In this document: piece after piece, positions 9,686 through 18,572 of the stretch
Layout: each line of letters opens with the position of its first letter
Numbering within the stretch: the first letter of the stretch is position 1
NCBI GenBank assembly: GCA_965262015.1
Contig: OZ253494.1
Location: forward strand, 353,240 to 417,239
From: Leptospiria bacterium
Lineage (GTDB): Bacteria > Spirochaetota > Leptospiria > Turneriellales > CBDBES01
Direction: 5' to 3'
DNA: 64,000 bases
Program-made: the position numbers and the translations under genes
The notes under the pieces: model-generated
Databases searched by the model: none
What the model was told of the DNA's origin: nothing
Seen by the model: only the letters and a program-made list of their open reading frames with translations

Positions 9686-9760
9686 CTCCAATGGTTTCTA
9701 TAAAAAAATTATTTTTTCCAATTGACCTAAGAGGTATGGATGAAACCTTGAACTCCCCCT

Positions 9761-9979
9761 ATGTCGAAAGAAGATGCTATACAAATTTCAGGTATAATTA
9801 AAAAATCCTTACCCAATGCAATGTTTGAGGTGGAGCTAGATAATGGTCATAAAATCTTGGGCCATATTTCAGGAAGAATGCGTAAGTATTATATTCGTAT
9901 TAATCCAGGTGATAGAGTTACTGTCGAATTATCGCCTTATGATCTCTCTAAGGGACGGATAACGTACCGAGTGAAATAG
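9761..9979 (+). CDS. infA: translation initiation factor IF-1
   Basis: 72 aa: '[70 protein letters not shown]', a canonical S1-fold IF-1. Confidence 0.96.
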   Translation: MSKEDAIQISGIIKKSLPNAMFEVELDNGHKILGHISGRMRKYYIRINPGDRVTVELSPYDLSKGRITYRVK

Positions 9980-10007
9980 AAGGATTTTCCCCCGTCTACT
10001 TTCAGAT

Positions 10008-10748
10008 TTAGTTGTTCTTATGTGCAATTTTTTCTGCTTCTTCCATCGTTTCTGTTATATGAATTGATGCTAATTGTGGGTCTTCAGATAGTGTTTGGAA
10101 TCTTTTACCTGCTACGAAAATAGGTTCTTTATCCGTGATTAAGTCTTTTAGGGCAATAACTATGAGAGTTTGTGTGCTATCAAGAGTAGGTTGGTTTCTT
10201 AAATCAAAGACATAATAATCATGAAGGGTGATTTTACGAAAATGATCAGTATAAATTTTATGAAAGCTATTTACATGGTTTGTATTTAAAATACCTGGTA
10301 TACTAAATATTGTCAACCAACCACTTCTTCTAATAAGTAATTCACCAGTTTTTCCATTTGTTTTGAGTGTACGCATTGCATCTATATGTCTAGAGACTTT
10401 ATGTAATCTGTTTCGTAAAATAGTAGGATTAAATGGCTTTAACAGATAATCAATTGCACCACAACGCAAAATAGTGAATATTACATCTTTATCTCGTATA
10501 CTGCCTATAGTAATAATTGGAATGTCCTTCAGAAGAGGTTTTGCTTTAATTTGTTTTAGTAGGTGTAAACCTTGACTATAATCTGGAAACTCTATATCTT
10601 GTAGGATCATATCAGGAAAAATAGTCTTGATTTTATTTATGCTATCAGTTGAGCTAGAGGCAAGGTGTATGGTATAACCCAACTGGTGAATATTAGATTT
10701 ATATTCTTCAAGCTTATCATTGGTAGCTATGATTAGGATAGAGTACAT
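10008..10748 (-). CDS. response-regulator receiver domain fused to a STAS-like C-terminal domain
   Basis: The N-terminal ~120 aa form a REC fold ('DMILQDIEFP', 'PIITIGS', 'DYLLKPF'), but the N-terminal acidic pair reads 'IIATND'. The C-terminal ~115 aa ('YYVFDLRNQPTLDSTQTLIVI') resemble an anti-sigma-antagonist/STAS fold. Confidence 0.55.
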   Translation of the reverse strand: MYSILIIATNDKLEEYKSNIHQLGYTIHLASSSTDSINKIKTIFPDMILQDIEFPDYSQGLHLLKQIKAKPLLKDIPIITIGSIRDKDVIFTILRCGAIDYLLKPFNPTILRNRLHKVSRHIDAMRTLKTNGKTGELLIRRSGWLTIFSIPGILNTNHVNSFHKIYTDHFRKITLHDYYVFDLRNQPTLDSTQTLIVIALKDLITDKEPIFVAGKRFQTLSEDPQLASIHITETMEEAEKIAHKNN

Positions 10749-10766
10749 AGATATTATATAAGCTAA

Positions 10767-11759
10767 TTATTCAAATAAAGGTCTGTGTGAAGCCAATTCT
10801 TTAACAGCTAAATCAATAATTTTATTTTTGTAGAGCATCTCATATACTATTCTAATAATAGGAGTCTGAATATTTTTTTCTTGAGCTAATTGATAGATAC
10901 ATTCTGTCGTATAAATACCTTCAGCAGTACCTTGAATTTCACCCAATATTGTTTTAAGCGATTTACCTTTTCCTAATTCTAATCCAACACGCTTATTGCG
11001 AGATAGGCTACCAGTACATGTAAGTACTAGATCACCCATACCAGCAAGGCCCATAAAAGTTAATGGTTTAGCACCTAGATGTTGACCTAACCGTGCAATT
11101 TCTGCTAGTCCACGAGTCATCAGAGCAGCACGAGTATTTGATCCAAAATAATAATCACTTATACCTACTGCAATAGCTATAATATTTTTGAGAGCACCTG
11201 CGATTTGTACACCTATTATATCATTTACACCATAAATCCGTAAAATATCTGTTGAGAGTATAGGTTGCATCTTTTCTAATTGAAGCATGCTTACGTTAGC
11301 CAGTGCTACTGCCGCAGGTTGATCTTTAACTAATTCTTTGGCAAAGCTAGGTCCTGATAAAATAAACAAGTTTATTTTTATTTTTTCAGAGAATATTTCA
11401 ATGAATATGTCGCTAAGTAATTTTCCTGTTATTTGCTCAATACCTTTGGAGCAAATAATAATAGGGACATTCAGAGGCATATCATCAACTATGCTCATAA
11501 GAGTATCACGGATTTTTTGTGCTGATATAGCAAACATCAGTATATCAGATGTTTTTAAGACTTCTTTAATATCTTGCGTACAACGTACGTTCTTTATAAA
11601 TTTAGTCCCTGGTAAATATGCATTATTATGGTGCTCTTTATTAATGGTATCAACAGATTTTCCCGAATGACTCCATAGTAAGATACTTTCATGCTTACTA
11701 GAGAATACATATGCAAGTGAGCTACCAAATATACCTGAACCAATAATTCCAATTCTCAT
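10767..11759 (-). CDS. gpsA: NAD(P)H-dependent glycerol-3-phosphate dehydrogenase
   Basis: 'MRIGIIGSGIFGSSLA' Rossmann start, plus 'SKGIE', 'LSGPSFAKE', 'GALKNIIAIAVGI', 'GDLVLTCTGSLSRN'. The likely start is the internal ATG at 11759; the track ORF extends to 11801. Confidence 0.9.
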   Translation of the reverse strand: MRIGIIGSGIFGSSLAYVFSSKHESILLWSHSGKSVDTINKEHHNNAYLPGTKFIKNVRCTQDIKEVLKTSDILMFAISAQKIRDTLMSIVDDMPLNVPIIICSKGIEQITGKLLSDIFIEIFSEKIKINLFILSGPSFAKELVKDQPAAVALANVSMLQLEKMQPILSTDILRIYGVNDIIGVQIAGALKNIIAIAVGISDYYFGSNTRAALMTRGLAEIARLGQHLGAKPLTFMGLAGMGDLVLTCTGSLSRNKRVGLELGKGKSLKTILGEIQGTAEGIYTTECIYQLAQEKNIQTPIIRIVYEMLYKNKIIDLAVKELASHRPLFE

Positions 11760-11860
11760 AATTATACGAACAACCCATCCTATCTTAATTTTTCTTTGCA
11801 AGTCAAGTATTTTAATTTCAATAATGTGTAGAACCCACAGAGATATGTTACAGTTATCAC

Positions 11861-12000
11861 TTAGGCCACTTTCGTAGATTCGTAAAATTTTTCATATGGT
11901 GTCAAAAAGTTTAAAGATAAGTGTGGTCTTTTTGTATTGTACCATGTGAGATATTCATCCATTTTAACTTGTATTTTTTCTGTAGATAAATTTGACAAAG
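11861..12000 (-). pseudogene. C-terminal fragment of an rve/DDE-type transposase (IS3/IS481-like), truncated
   Basis: The reverse strand translates to '...KMDEYLTWYNTKRPHLSLNFLTPYEKFYESTKVA*'. This is the classic 'YN..RPH..L...TP' integrase-core tail. No upstream catalytic region is present. Confidence 0.5.
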
Positions 12001-12059
12001 AATTTAGAAGGCCAAGTTTAATGCTGGGTAGTCTAAGTCTAATATAATTTTATTCTTAT

Positions 12060-12224
12060 TGAGTATAATTTAGATGTTTTAAAGAAAATGGCTATGAAAA
12101 CACTCATTTTCTATAGTAAGTGCTACTTGGGTTATTATTTGTGATGGAGAAGTAGAGAATTCTATTAAAATATTAAGAAGATATTTTAATAGAATATACT
12201 ATCCAACTCCAGAATTGACTTTCC
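12060..12224 (+). pseudogene. right-end fragment of an IS30-like element with a well-preserved terminal inverted repeat
   Basis: Encodes 'GEVENSIKILRRYF', matching 'GQVENSIKQLRRYF' of copy 1. It ends with 'CCAACTCCAGAATTGACTTTCC' (12203-12224), the reverse complement (1 mismatch) of the left end at 8675-8695. The left boundary is approximate. Confidence 0.55.
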
Positions 12225-12301
12225 ACGCCTAATTATAAGACACCTTTAAATATTACTTGTCTTGGTGTGGATTATTAATAAGTATGCGTTAATCTAATGA
12301 T

Positions 12302-13318
12302 ATGTTCCATTTAATTCATCAAATGTTTTCATTTGACATGGGTATCGATTTGGGTACTGCTAATACTCTTGTATATGTCAAAGGCAAGGGTATTTTATTG
12401 TCTGAGCCGTCTGTTGTTGCCATTGAAACAACCACGAATAGGGTGCTTGCTGTTGGTCATGAGGCCAAGAGAATGATGGGACGTACTCCCGGTGCAATTA
12501 CAGCGATTCGACCAATGCGTGATGGAGTTATTGCTGATTTTGATACAGTTGAGCGCATGATACGCTACTTTATCAATAAAGCACATAACCGTAATTCTTT
12601 GCGTAGGCCTCGTGTGGTTATTGGTGTGCCTTCAGGTATTACTGAGGTAGAAAGGCGTGCTGTGAGAGAATCAGCAGAGCAGGCAGGAGCAAGAGAGATT
12701 ATTCTTATTCAAGAAGCTTTAGCTGCTGCGTTGGGTGCCAACATACCTATACATGAACCAGCTGGGAATATGGTTGTGGATATTGGTGGTGGTACTACAG
12801 AAATAGCGGTTTTGTCATTAGGTAATATGGTTGTGGATGATTCCATTCGTGTCGGGGGTGATGAATTTGATCAGGCCCTTATAAAATATATGCGTAGTAA
12901 TTATAATTTGATTATTGGTGAGAGAACAGCTGAAGAAATTAAGATTGGAATTGGGCACGCTGTTCCTGACCGAAAAAATGAGACGTATGATATGAGGGGT
13001 CGTGATTCCATTACTGGTTTGCCTCGTACCCTAGTGTTGAATGCTGTTGAAGCACGTAAGGCACTCGAGGAACCTCTAAATGCCATTTTGGAAGCTATTA
13101 AATCTGCTTTAGAAAAGACACCACCAGAATTGTCTGCTGATATTGTGGAAAGAGGTATTGTATTAACGGGAGGTGGTAGTCTGCTGAGAGGCTTGGATCG
13201 ATTCATAGCAAAGGAAACAGGTGTTCCTGTTATTTGTGCTGAGAATCCTCTTAATTGTGTTGTGATTGGTACGGGTATTTATTTAGCTGGTTTAGATCAT
13301 AAAACCCATTATTTGTAG
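12302..13318 (+). CDS. mreB: rod-shape-determining actin homologue MreB
   Basis: '[34 protein letters not shown]', '[17 protein letters not shown]', '[15 protein letters not shown]'. Confidence 0.97.
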   Translation: MFHLIHQMFSFDMGIDLGTANTLVYVKGKGILLSEPSVVAIETTTNRVLAVGHEAKRMMGRTPGAITAIRPMRDGVIADFDTVERMIRYFINKAHNRNSLRRPRVVIGVPSGITEVERRAVRESAEQAGAREIILIQEALAAALGANIPIHEPAGNMVVDIGGGTTEIAVLSLGNMVVDDSIRVGGDEFDQALIKYMRSNYNLIIGERTAEEIKIGIGHAVPDRKNETYDMRGRDSITGLPRTLVLNAVEARKALEEPLNAILEAIKSALEKTPPELSADIVERGIVLTGGGSLLRGLDRFIAKETGVPVICAENPLNCVVIGTGIYLAGLDHKTHYL

Positions 13319-13424
13319 TAAGCCATTATTTCTTATTATAGTAAACGTGATGTATTTATACCAAAAAAATAAGTCTCATTTTTTGGATTTCTCGTTTATT
13401 TAAAAGTACTTCCACGGTTGTTAT

Positions 13425-14300
13425 ATGTTATTTTTTTTCTTATCTCGCTATAAGAATATATTATCTATTATTTTCACAGTCACCCTATCCCTATCAAGTT
13501 TAATATGTGGCAAGAATGATCGTCAAATTAATTTTAAGAGCTTCCAAGAATTTTTAGATTTAGTAACAGTAGGTTTACATCATTTAGAAGAAGGTATAAG
13601 TGCCTTGTTTAATAGTTATGTGAATTATGAAAATGTTAAAAAAGAAAAACAAAATTTAGCAAAAAGACTAATACAATATCAAACTTCACAGCTATCCATG
13701 GAATACTTAGAAAAAGAGAATCAAAGGTTGAGAGATTTATTATTTTTAAAAAAATATCAGAAATTTAATACTATTGAAGCTACTGTTCTGAGTAAAGAGG
13801 TGGATAATTGGTTTGGAACCTTTGTTCTAGATAAAGGTTCACAAGATAGAATTGTTCTACATATGCCTGTTGTGGCTTATACATTTAATCATGGTAGTAA
13901 TTGTGCTGTAGTCGGTAAAATTATTCAAATTAATCAACATACTTCACGCTTATTATTGATTACTAGTCGCTATTCTCAACTAGGAGTAATTCTGCAAAAA
14001 AATGGTACTTGGGCTTTAGTGAAGGGCAAGGACTTTTACCAAAAACAACTATCATTAAACTATATGAGCATTACCGCTAATATTCAACCAGGAGATATTT
14101 TAGTTACATCAGGTAACAATGGTATTTTCCCCCGTGGTATTATAGTTGGTCGTATCAATAACAACATTAAACAGACTCGAGGATTTTTTGATGCTACCGT
14201 ACAACCATCCATAAATTTTTCTGTCCTAGAACATGTGTCTATTATTATTAAAAAACCCAATCACATTATTCCAAAATGGAAAAAAACACAATTAAAATAG
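13425..14300 (+). CDS. mreC: rod-shape-determining protein MreC
   Basis: N-terminal TM segment, a coiled-coil ('LEKENQRLRDLL'), then a beta-rich domain ending 'GDILVTSGNNGIFPRGIIVGRI'. Position is between mreB and mreD. Confidence 0.8.
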   Translation: MLFFFLSRYKNILSIIFTVTLSLSSLICGKNDRQINFKSFQEFLDLVTVGLHHLEEGISALFNSYVNYENVKKEKQNLAKRLIQYQTSQLSMEYLEKENQRLRDLLFLKKYQKFNTIEATVLSKEVDNWFGTFVLDKGSQDRIVLHMPVVAYTFNHGSNCAVVGKIIQINQHTSRLLLITSRYSQLGVILQKNGTWALVKGKDFYQKQLSLNYMSITANIQPGDILVTSGNNGIFPRGIIVGRINNNIKQTRGFFDATVQPSINFSVLEHVSIIIKKPNHIIPKWKKTQLK

Positions 14301-14315
14301 GCTAATAGTGTTATT

Positions 14316-14855
14316 ATGAAACTAGAATTTTTACTACTTATACTAACTATCTTTATTTCTTATTTTTTACAAACAAACCTTGATTTTTTAGTTTTAGGAC
14401 ATATTAAACCTGATTTTCTTTTTATACTGACTATATTTTTTGCTATAAAAAAAGGACCTTTCTATGGTACATGGATTGGTTTTATGGGAGGTATGCTCCA
14501 GGATATTAATTTAAGTGGTTTATTACTTTCCAGTACGATGGAGCAGAGTTTTTATATAGGGACATACGCATTACCTAAAACTTTAATTGGTTTTATGGTA
14601 GGCTATCTTCCAAACTTAGTTACTGTGGATCATGGTTTCATGTATTTTTTTACTCTTTTTTTTACTTCATTACTAAAAGGTATTCTAGTATTTTGGTTGA
14701 TTATTATTTTTTATAGCACAACAGGTGAGTCTTATGCATTTACCACTACCATATTGACAGAGTCATTGTACACAGCCTGTATTAGTCTAGTATGGTGGAG
14801 GAGCCTAGAAACTTTATTCTTTGAGAAAAATACGAAAAAAAAATTAGGTCTATAG
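14316..14855 (+). CDS. mreD: rod-shape-determining protein MreD
   Basis: 179-aa polytopic membrane protein in the mreB-mreC-[mreD]-mrdA-rodA position. The call rests mainly on synteny. Confidence 0.6.
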   Translation: MKLEFLLLILTIFISYFLQTNLDFLVLGHIKPDFLFILTIFFAIKKGPFYGTWIGFMGGMLQDINLSGLLLSSTMEQSFYIGTYALPKTLIGFMVGYLPNLVTVDHGFMYFFTLFFTSLLKGILVFWLIIIFYSTTGESYAFTTTILTESLYTACISLVWWRSLETLFFEKNTKKKLGL

Positions 14856-14875
14856 GGAGCTATTAATTTTTCTGT

Positions 14876-16687
14876 ATGTCGCATATACGCTTAAGTATTG
14901 TCCTAGTCTCTATAGTCCTGTTATTTTTTCTTTTTGTAGTAAGGTTAGTAGACCTTCAACTCTTGCAGGGTGAAAAATATTACCAATTGTCCCAAAGGGT
15001 GATTCGTACAATTGTTAATCTAGAGGCACCTCGGGGTGAAGTGTTTGATCGTCATTATACAACTAGTAAATCTGAAAGCCTTTTAATCAAAAATATTATT
15101 AAATTACAACTAAGTATTATTGTTTCTCCTTCCACTTTATCTCAAATTATGGAACAAACTAGTAACTTAGAGCACCTATTAAAAAGTGAACCAGGTAGTT
15201 TACTGTCTAAAATTAAAAGAATTAAAAATCAAACTCACAAAGAGTATAAAGTCGTTTTAATTGAAGACTTACAGCCTAAAGAGCATACTATTATAGCAGA
15301 TTATTATTTAAATTTTCCTAATTTTGTGGTGGAGCATAGCATACAGCGACATTATACCTATGGTTCTCAAGCATCTCACATAACAGGCTATATTGGTCCG
15401 CCAACAAAGTCAGATATTAAAGCAGGTCGATCCGCTAGCTACCAGAGTATTGGTAAAAGTGGTATAGAAAAATATTATGATGCACTTTTACGTGGTGAAG
15501 ATGGTGAGATCATACAAATTAAAACAGCTTCAGGTAATGTTCAAGAACAACAAGTTTTTAAGGATTTTTATCCTGGTAATAATCTTGTTTTAACTATTGA
15601 TGCTAAAATGCAGACAGTTGCTTCGAGAGCCATGCAAGATTATGTAGGTGCCTTAGTGGTTCTGCATGCCTCCACCGGCGAAATATTAGCTATGGTAAGT
15701 AAACCTGATTATGATCCTAATATCCTCATCTCACCAGGCAGTAAAATTAGACAACAACATCTTCACAAAATGAAATCCCAAAAATCTGAATTAAATAGAG
15801 CAATTAGCACCAAGATGCCTCCTGCATCTACATTTAAACCACTGGTTGCATTGGTTGCATTAGAAGAGAATCGCATCCAACCATCAAAAAAATATTTTTG
15901 TCCTGGAAAATTTACCTTAAAGAGTAGTTATCCAGGGCTACCAGACACTACATTTTTTTGCTGGGCTAGACATGGTTCCAATCATCTTGTATCTGCCTTA
16001 GCATATAGTTGTAATTCATACTTTTATCAGCTAGGTTATTGGTTGGGTGCAGAACCTATCATTAAATATGCTAAGTATTTCAAATTACATGAGACACTAG
16101 GTATTGATTTACCTTATGAAATTCCAGGTTTTGTGCCTTCATCTCTTTGGAAGGAAAAACATTTTAAGCAACGTTGGTTTGATGGGGATACTATTAATTT
16201 GAGTATTGGACAAGGTTTTATACAGACTACACTTATAGGTATGGTAAGTCTCTATGCCTCCATCATGAATGGTGGCATCATGTATAAGCCACATTTGTTA
16301 AAAGAAGTACGCTATCCTGATCGTGACTATGTTAAAACAAGTATTAAGCCAGAGGTGATCAATGAATTACCTCTTACTAAAGAAAGTATACAGATTATAC
16401 GAGAAGGATTATCTGGTGTGGTTTCTTATGGGTCAGCAAGTAAAGTTTTTCGAAAGCAAGATGGTACAACAATACCCATTCTAGGTAAGACAGGTACTGT
16501 ACAGATACATTCCAAAAAGAGGCATGATGTCAATCAGCATGGATGGTTTATTGGCTATGGTCCCAAGGATAATATACAGAATGCTATTGTAGTGGGTGTT
16601 TTTATTGAGGCAGGAATTAGTGGTAGTTATACTGCTGCTCCAGTCAGTAGAAAAATTTTTGATTACTGGTTTAAAAAGAAAATATGA
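14876..16687 (+). CDS. mrdA: penicillin-binding protein 2 (elongasome transpeptidase)
   Basis: N-terminal TM anchor. Motifs: SxxK 'PASTFKP', SxN 'YSCNSYF', KTG 'GKTGTVQ'. Overlaps rodA by 4 nt (ATGA). Confidence 0.9.
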   Translation: MSHIRLSIVLVSIVLLFFLFVVRLVDLQLLQGEKYYQLSQRVIRTIVNLEAPRGEVFDRHYTTSKSESLLIKNIIKLQLSIIVSPSTLSQIMEQTSNLEHLLKSEPGSLLSKIKRIKNQTHKEYKVVLIEDLQPKEHTIIADYYLNFPNFVVEHSIQRHYTYGSQASHITGYIGPPTKSDIKAGRSASYQSIGKSGIEKYYDALLRGEDGEIIQIKTASGNVQEQQVFKDFYPGNNLVLTIDAKMQTVASRAMQDYVGALVVLHASTGEILAMVSKPDYDPNILISPGSKIRQQHLHKMKSQKSELNRAISTKMPPASTFKPLVALVALEENRIQPSKKYFCPGKFTLKSSYPGLPDTTFFCWARHGSNHLVSALAYSCNSYFYQLGYWLGAEPIIKYAKYFKLHETLGIDLPYEIPGFVPSSLWKEKHFKQRWFDGDTINLSIGQGFIQTTLIGMVSLYASIMNGGIMYKPHLLKEVRYPDRDYVKTSIKPEVINELPLTKESIQIIREGLSGVVSYGSASKVFRKQDGTTIPILGKTGTVQIHSKKRHDVNQHGWFIGYGPKDNIQNAIVVGVFIEAGISGSYTAAPVSRKIFDYWFKKKI

Positions 16688-18198
16688 GAACCTATAAGTT
16701 AGATTGGAGCATAGTTATTGTTGTTTTATGTCTGAGCATTCTTAGTATTGTTACCTTGTTTGGAGGGGGAGGGGAAAGCTTTCTCGTTAAAAGAATTAGT
16801 ATAATTTTAGTAGGATTCATACTAATGTTACTTTTACGTTTTATCAATTATCAATTCTACTATAACTACGCTAGTATCTTTTATATATTTAGTATTATTC
16901 TCTTATTATTTACTTTATTCCCGTTTATTGGGTCAAAAATTAAAGGTGCTAGATCCTGGATACGATTTGGTATAATTGGTTTTCAACCAACAGAATTAGC
17001 CAAGTTATCTTTAATTTTTATGATAAGTAAATATTTGGCTTCACCTCAGGTTAAACAATTAAATACACTAAAAGATTTAAGTATTCCTTTCATTTTAACA
17101 GGTATTCCCTTAATTTTGATCGCTCTACAACCAGATCTAGGTTATGCAATACTTATGATACCTATTGTGTTTTTTATGCTTTTTGTGGCTGGTGCCAATG
17201 TATCTCTACTACTTAGTCTATTTTTTCTGGGATTCATCATAATATTTTTACCACTGTATCTTGAATATCACCGATATATTCTGGTAGATAATATATATCA
17301 TTATTTAGAGAATCATCACTTTCAGTTGGCTAATGCAGTCCGTGTTCTTAAGTTTGATATTTGGCAATATGTAGATAGGCCTGAACTTGCCAGTATCTAC
17401 AAAGTACCAGAAAATATCAAATGGGCCGTTGATACTATAACAGAAAAGAATAATCTAGATATTATAAATCAGACATTAGAGATCTTACAGAAAGAAAATC
17501 CCAATTTGCTTAGGGATTTTTTAAATAATTCTTTGTTATTTTTTATCAGTATTGTAATATTATTTATCTGTTACTTAACACATTTACTGAGTAAACTTTT
17601 GTGGGGTATTACGTATATGGCTGGTGCTGGTAATATTTGCATGGTCTTGGCAATTTCTTTGTCTATGTCCATGTTATTCCACAAAATTACACATTTTAAA
17701 TCACATCAAATTATTCGTATTGTTGCCTTTGCTAATCCTGATAAATTTCCCAAAGGAGCAGGTTACCAACTACGACATTCTTTAATTACTCTTGGTTCAG
17801 GGAAACTATTTGGAAAGGGCATAGCACAAGGTGATATGACCCGAGGAAAGGTACCTTTTTTACCTGAATGGCATAATGATTTCATCTTTCCTGTTATTGG
17901 AGAGCAGTTTGGTTTGGTTGGAACAATATTCACTCTTTTTTTATTATTCTTATTAATTATCCGTGGTACCTTAATTGCGTCGCAGTCTAAAGATAAGTTT
18001 GGTAGCTTACTTGGTATGGGAATAACCATTATGTTTTTAACTCATTTTGGTGTGAGTATTGGAATTACATTGGGGCTGTTACCTGTAACAGGTATTCCAC
18101 TCTCCTTCATTAGCACTGGGGGATCAAATACCCTAACTAGTTTTATAAGTATTGGGATTCTGCTAAATATTCACGCACGAAAGTTTATCAATACATAG
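16684..18198 (+). CDS. rodA: SEDS-family peptidoglycan polymerase RodA, unusually long (504 aa)
   Basis: SEDS motifs: 'GARSWIRFGIIGFQPTELAKL', 'LQPDLGYA', 'GAGYQLRHSLITLGSGKLFGKG', 'LPEWHNDFIFPVIGEQFG', 'GIPLSFISTGGS'. Carries an extra segment, about residues 193-330. Confidence 0.85.
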   Translation: MRTYKLDWSIVIVVLCLSILSIVTLFGGGGESFLVKRISIILVGFILMLLLRFINYQFYYNYASIFYIFSIILLLFTLFPFIGSKIKGARSWIRFGIIGFQPTELAKLSLIFMISKYLASPQVKQLNTLKDLSIPFILTGIPLILIALQPDLGYAILMIPIVFFMLFVAGANVSLLLSLFFLGFIIIFLPLYLEYHRYILVDNIYHYLENHHFQLANAVRVLKFDIWQYVDRPELASIYKVPENIKWAVDTITEKNNLDIINQTLEILQKENPNLLRDFLNNSLLFFISIVILFICYLTHLLSKLLWGITYMAGAGNICMVLAISLSMSMLFHKITHFKSHQIIRIVAFANPDKFPKGAGYQLRHSLITLGSGKLFGKGIAQGDMTRGKVPFLPEWHNDFIFPVIGEQFGLVGTIFTLFLLFLLIIRGTLIASQSKDKFGSLLGMGITIMFLTHFGVSIGITLGLLPVTGIPLSFISTGGSNTLTSFISIGILLNIHARKFINT

Positions 18199-18372
18199 TT
18201 TCAACTACAATAGGGGGAGAATAAAAAGGGCCTCTATAAATAAACCATATGGCTAACCTCGTAGAGACCCGCCTACTTTTCTTAAGGACAAATTGCAACC
18301 TTTGTCCCGAGAAGAGAAGATATCTACGTGAATTTTCGTCTTCTATATGTGGCAACTTTAATCAAGTAATCT

Positions 18373-18558
18373 CTATTTTTCAGATAGAAATTTGTCTCCA
18401 ACGGCCCATTTATCTCGAGATATTTCATTGATAACAATATAGGTCGTCTCTGGATTTTTACCAGCTACTTTATGCAGTAGATCCGAAATACCTTTGACAA
18501 TATCTTGTTTTTGTTGTTTGCTTAGCTCACCAGCTACTTTTACTTCTACGTAAGGCAT
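18373..18558 (-). CDS. 4-oxalocrotonate tautomerase family protein
   Basis: 61 aa beginning 'MPYVEVKV' (catalytic Pro1 after Met removal). 'KQQKQDIVKGISDLL...TTYIVINEI' fits the beta-alpha-beta 4-OT fold. Confidence 0.75.
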   Translation of the reverse strand: MPYVEVKVAGELSKQQKQDIVKGISDLLHKVAGKNPETTYIVINEISRDKWAVGDKFLSEK

Positions 18559-18572
18559 ATGTAAAAAACTCC

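Noticed and set aside
18286-18307. Hairpin 'GGACAAA-TTGCAACC-TTTGTCC' between convergent rodA and the tautomerase gene as a bidirectional terminator
   Set aside because: The 7-bp stem is perfect, but there is no U-tract on either strand and the stem is AT-rich. It is too weak to annotate as an intrinsic terminator.
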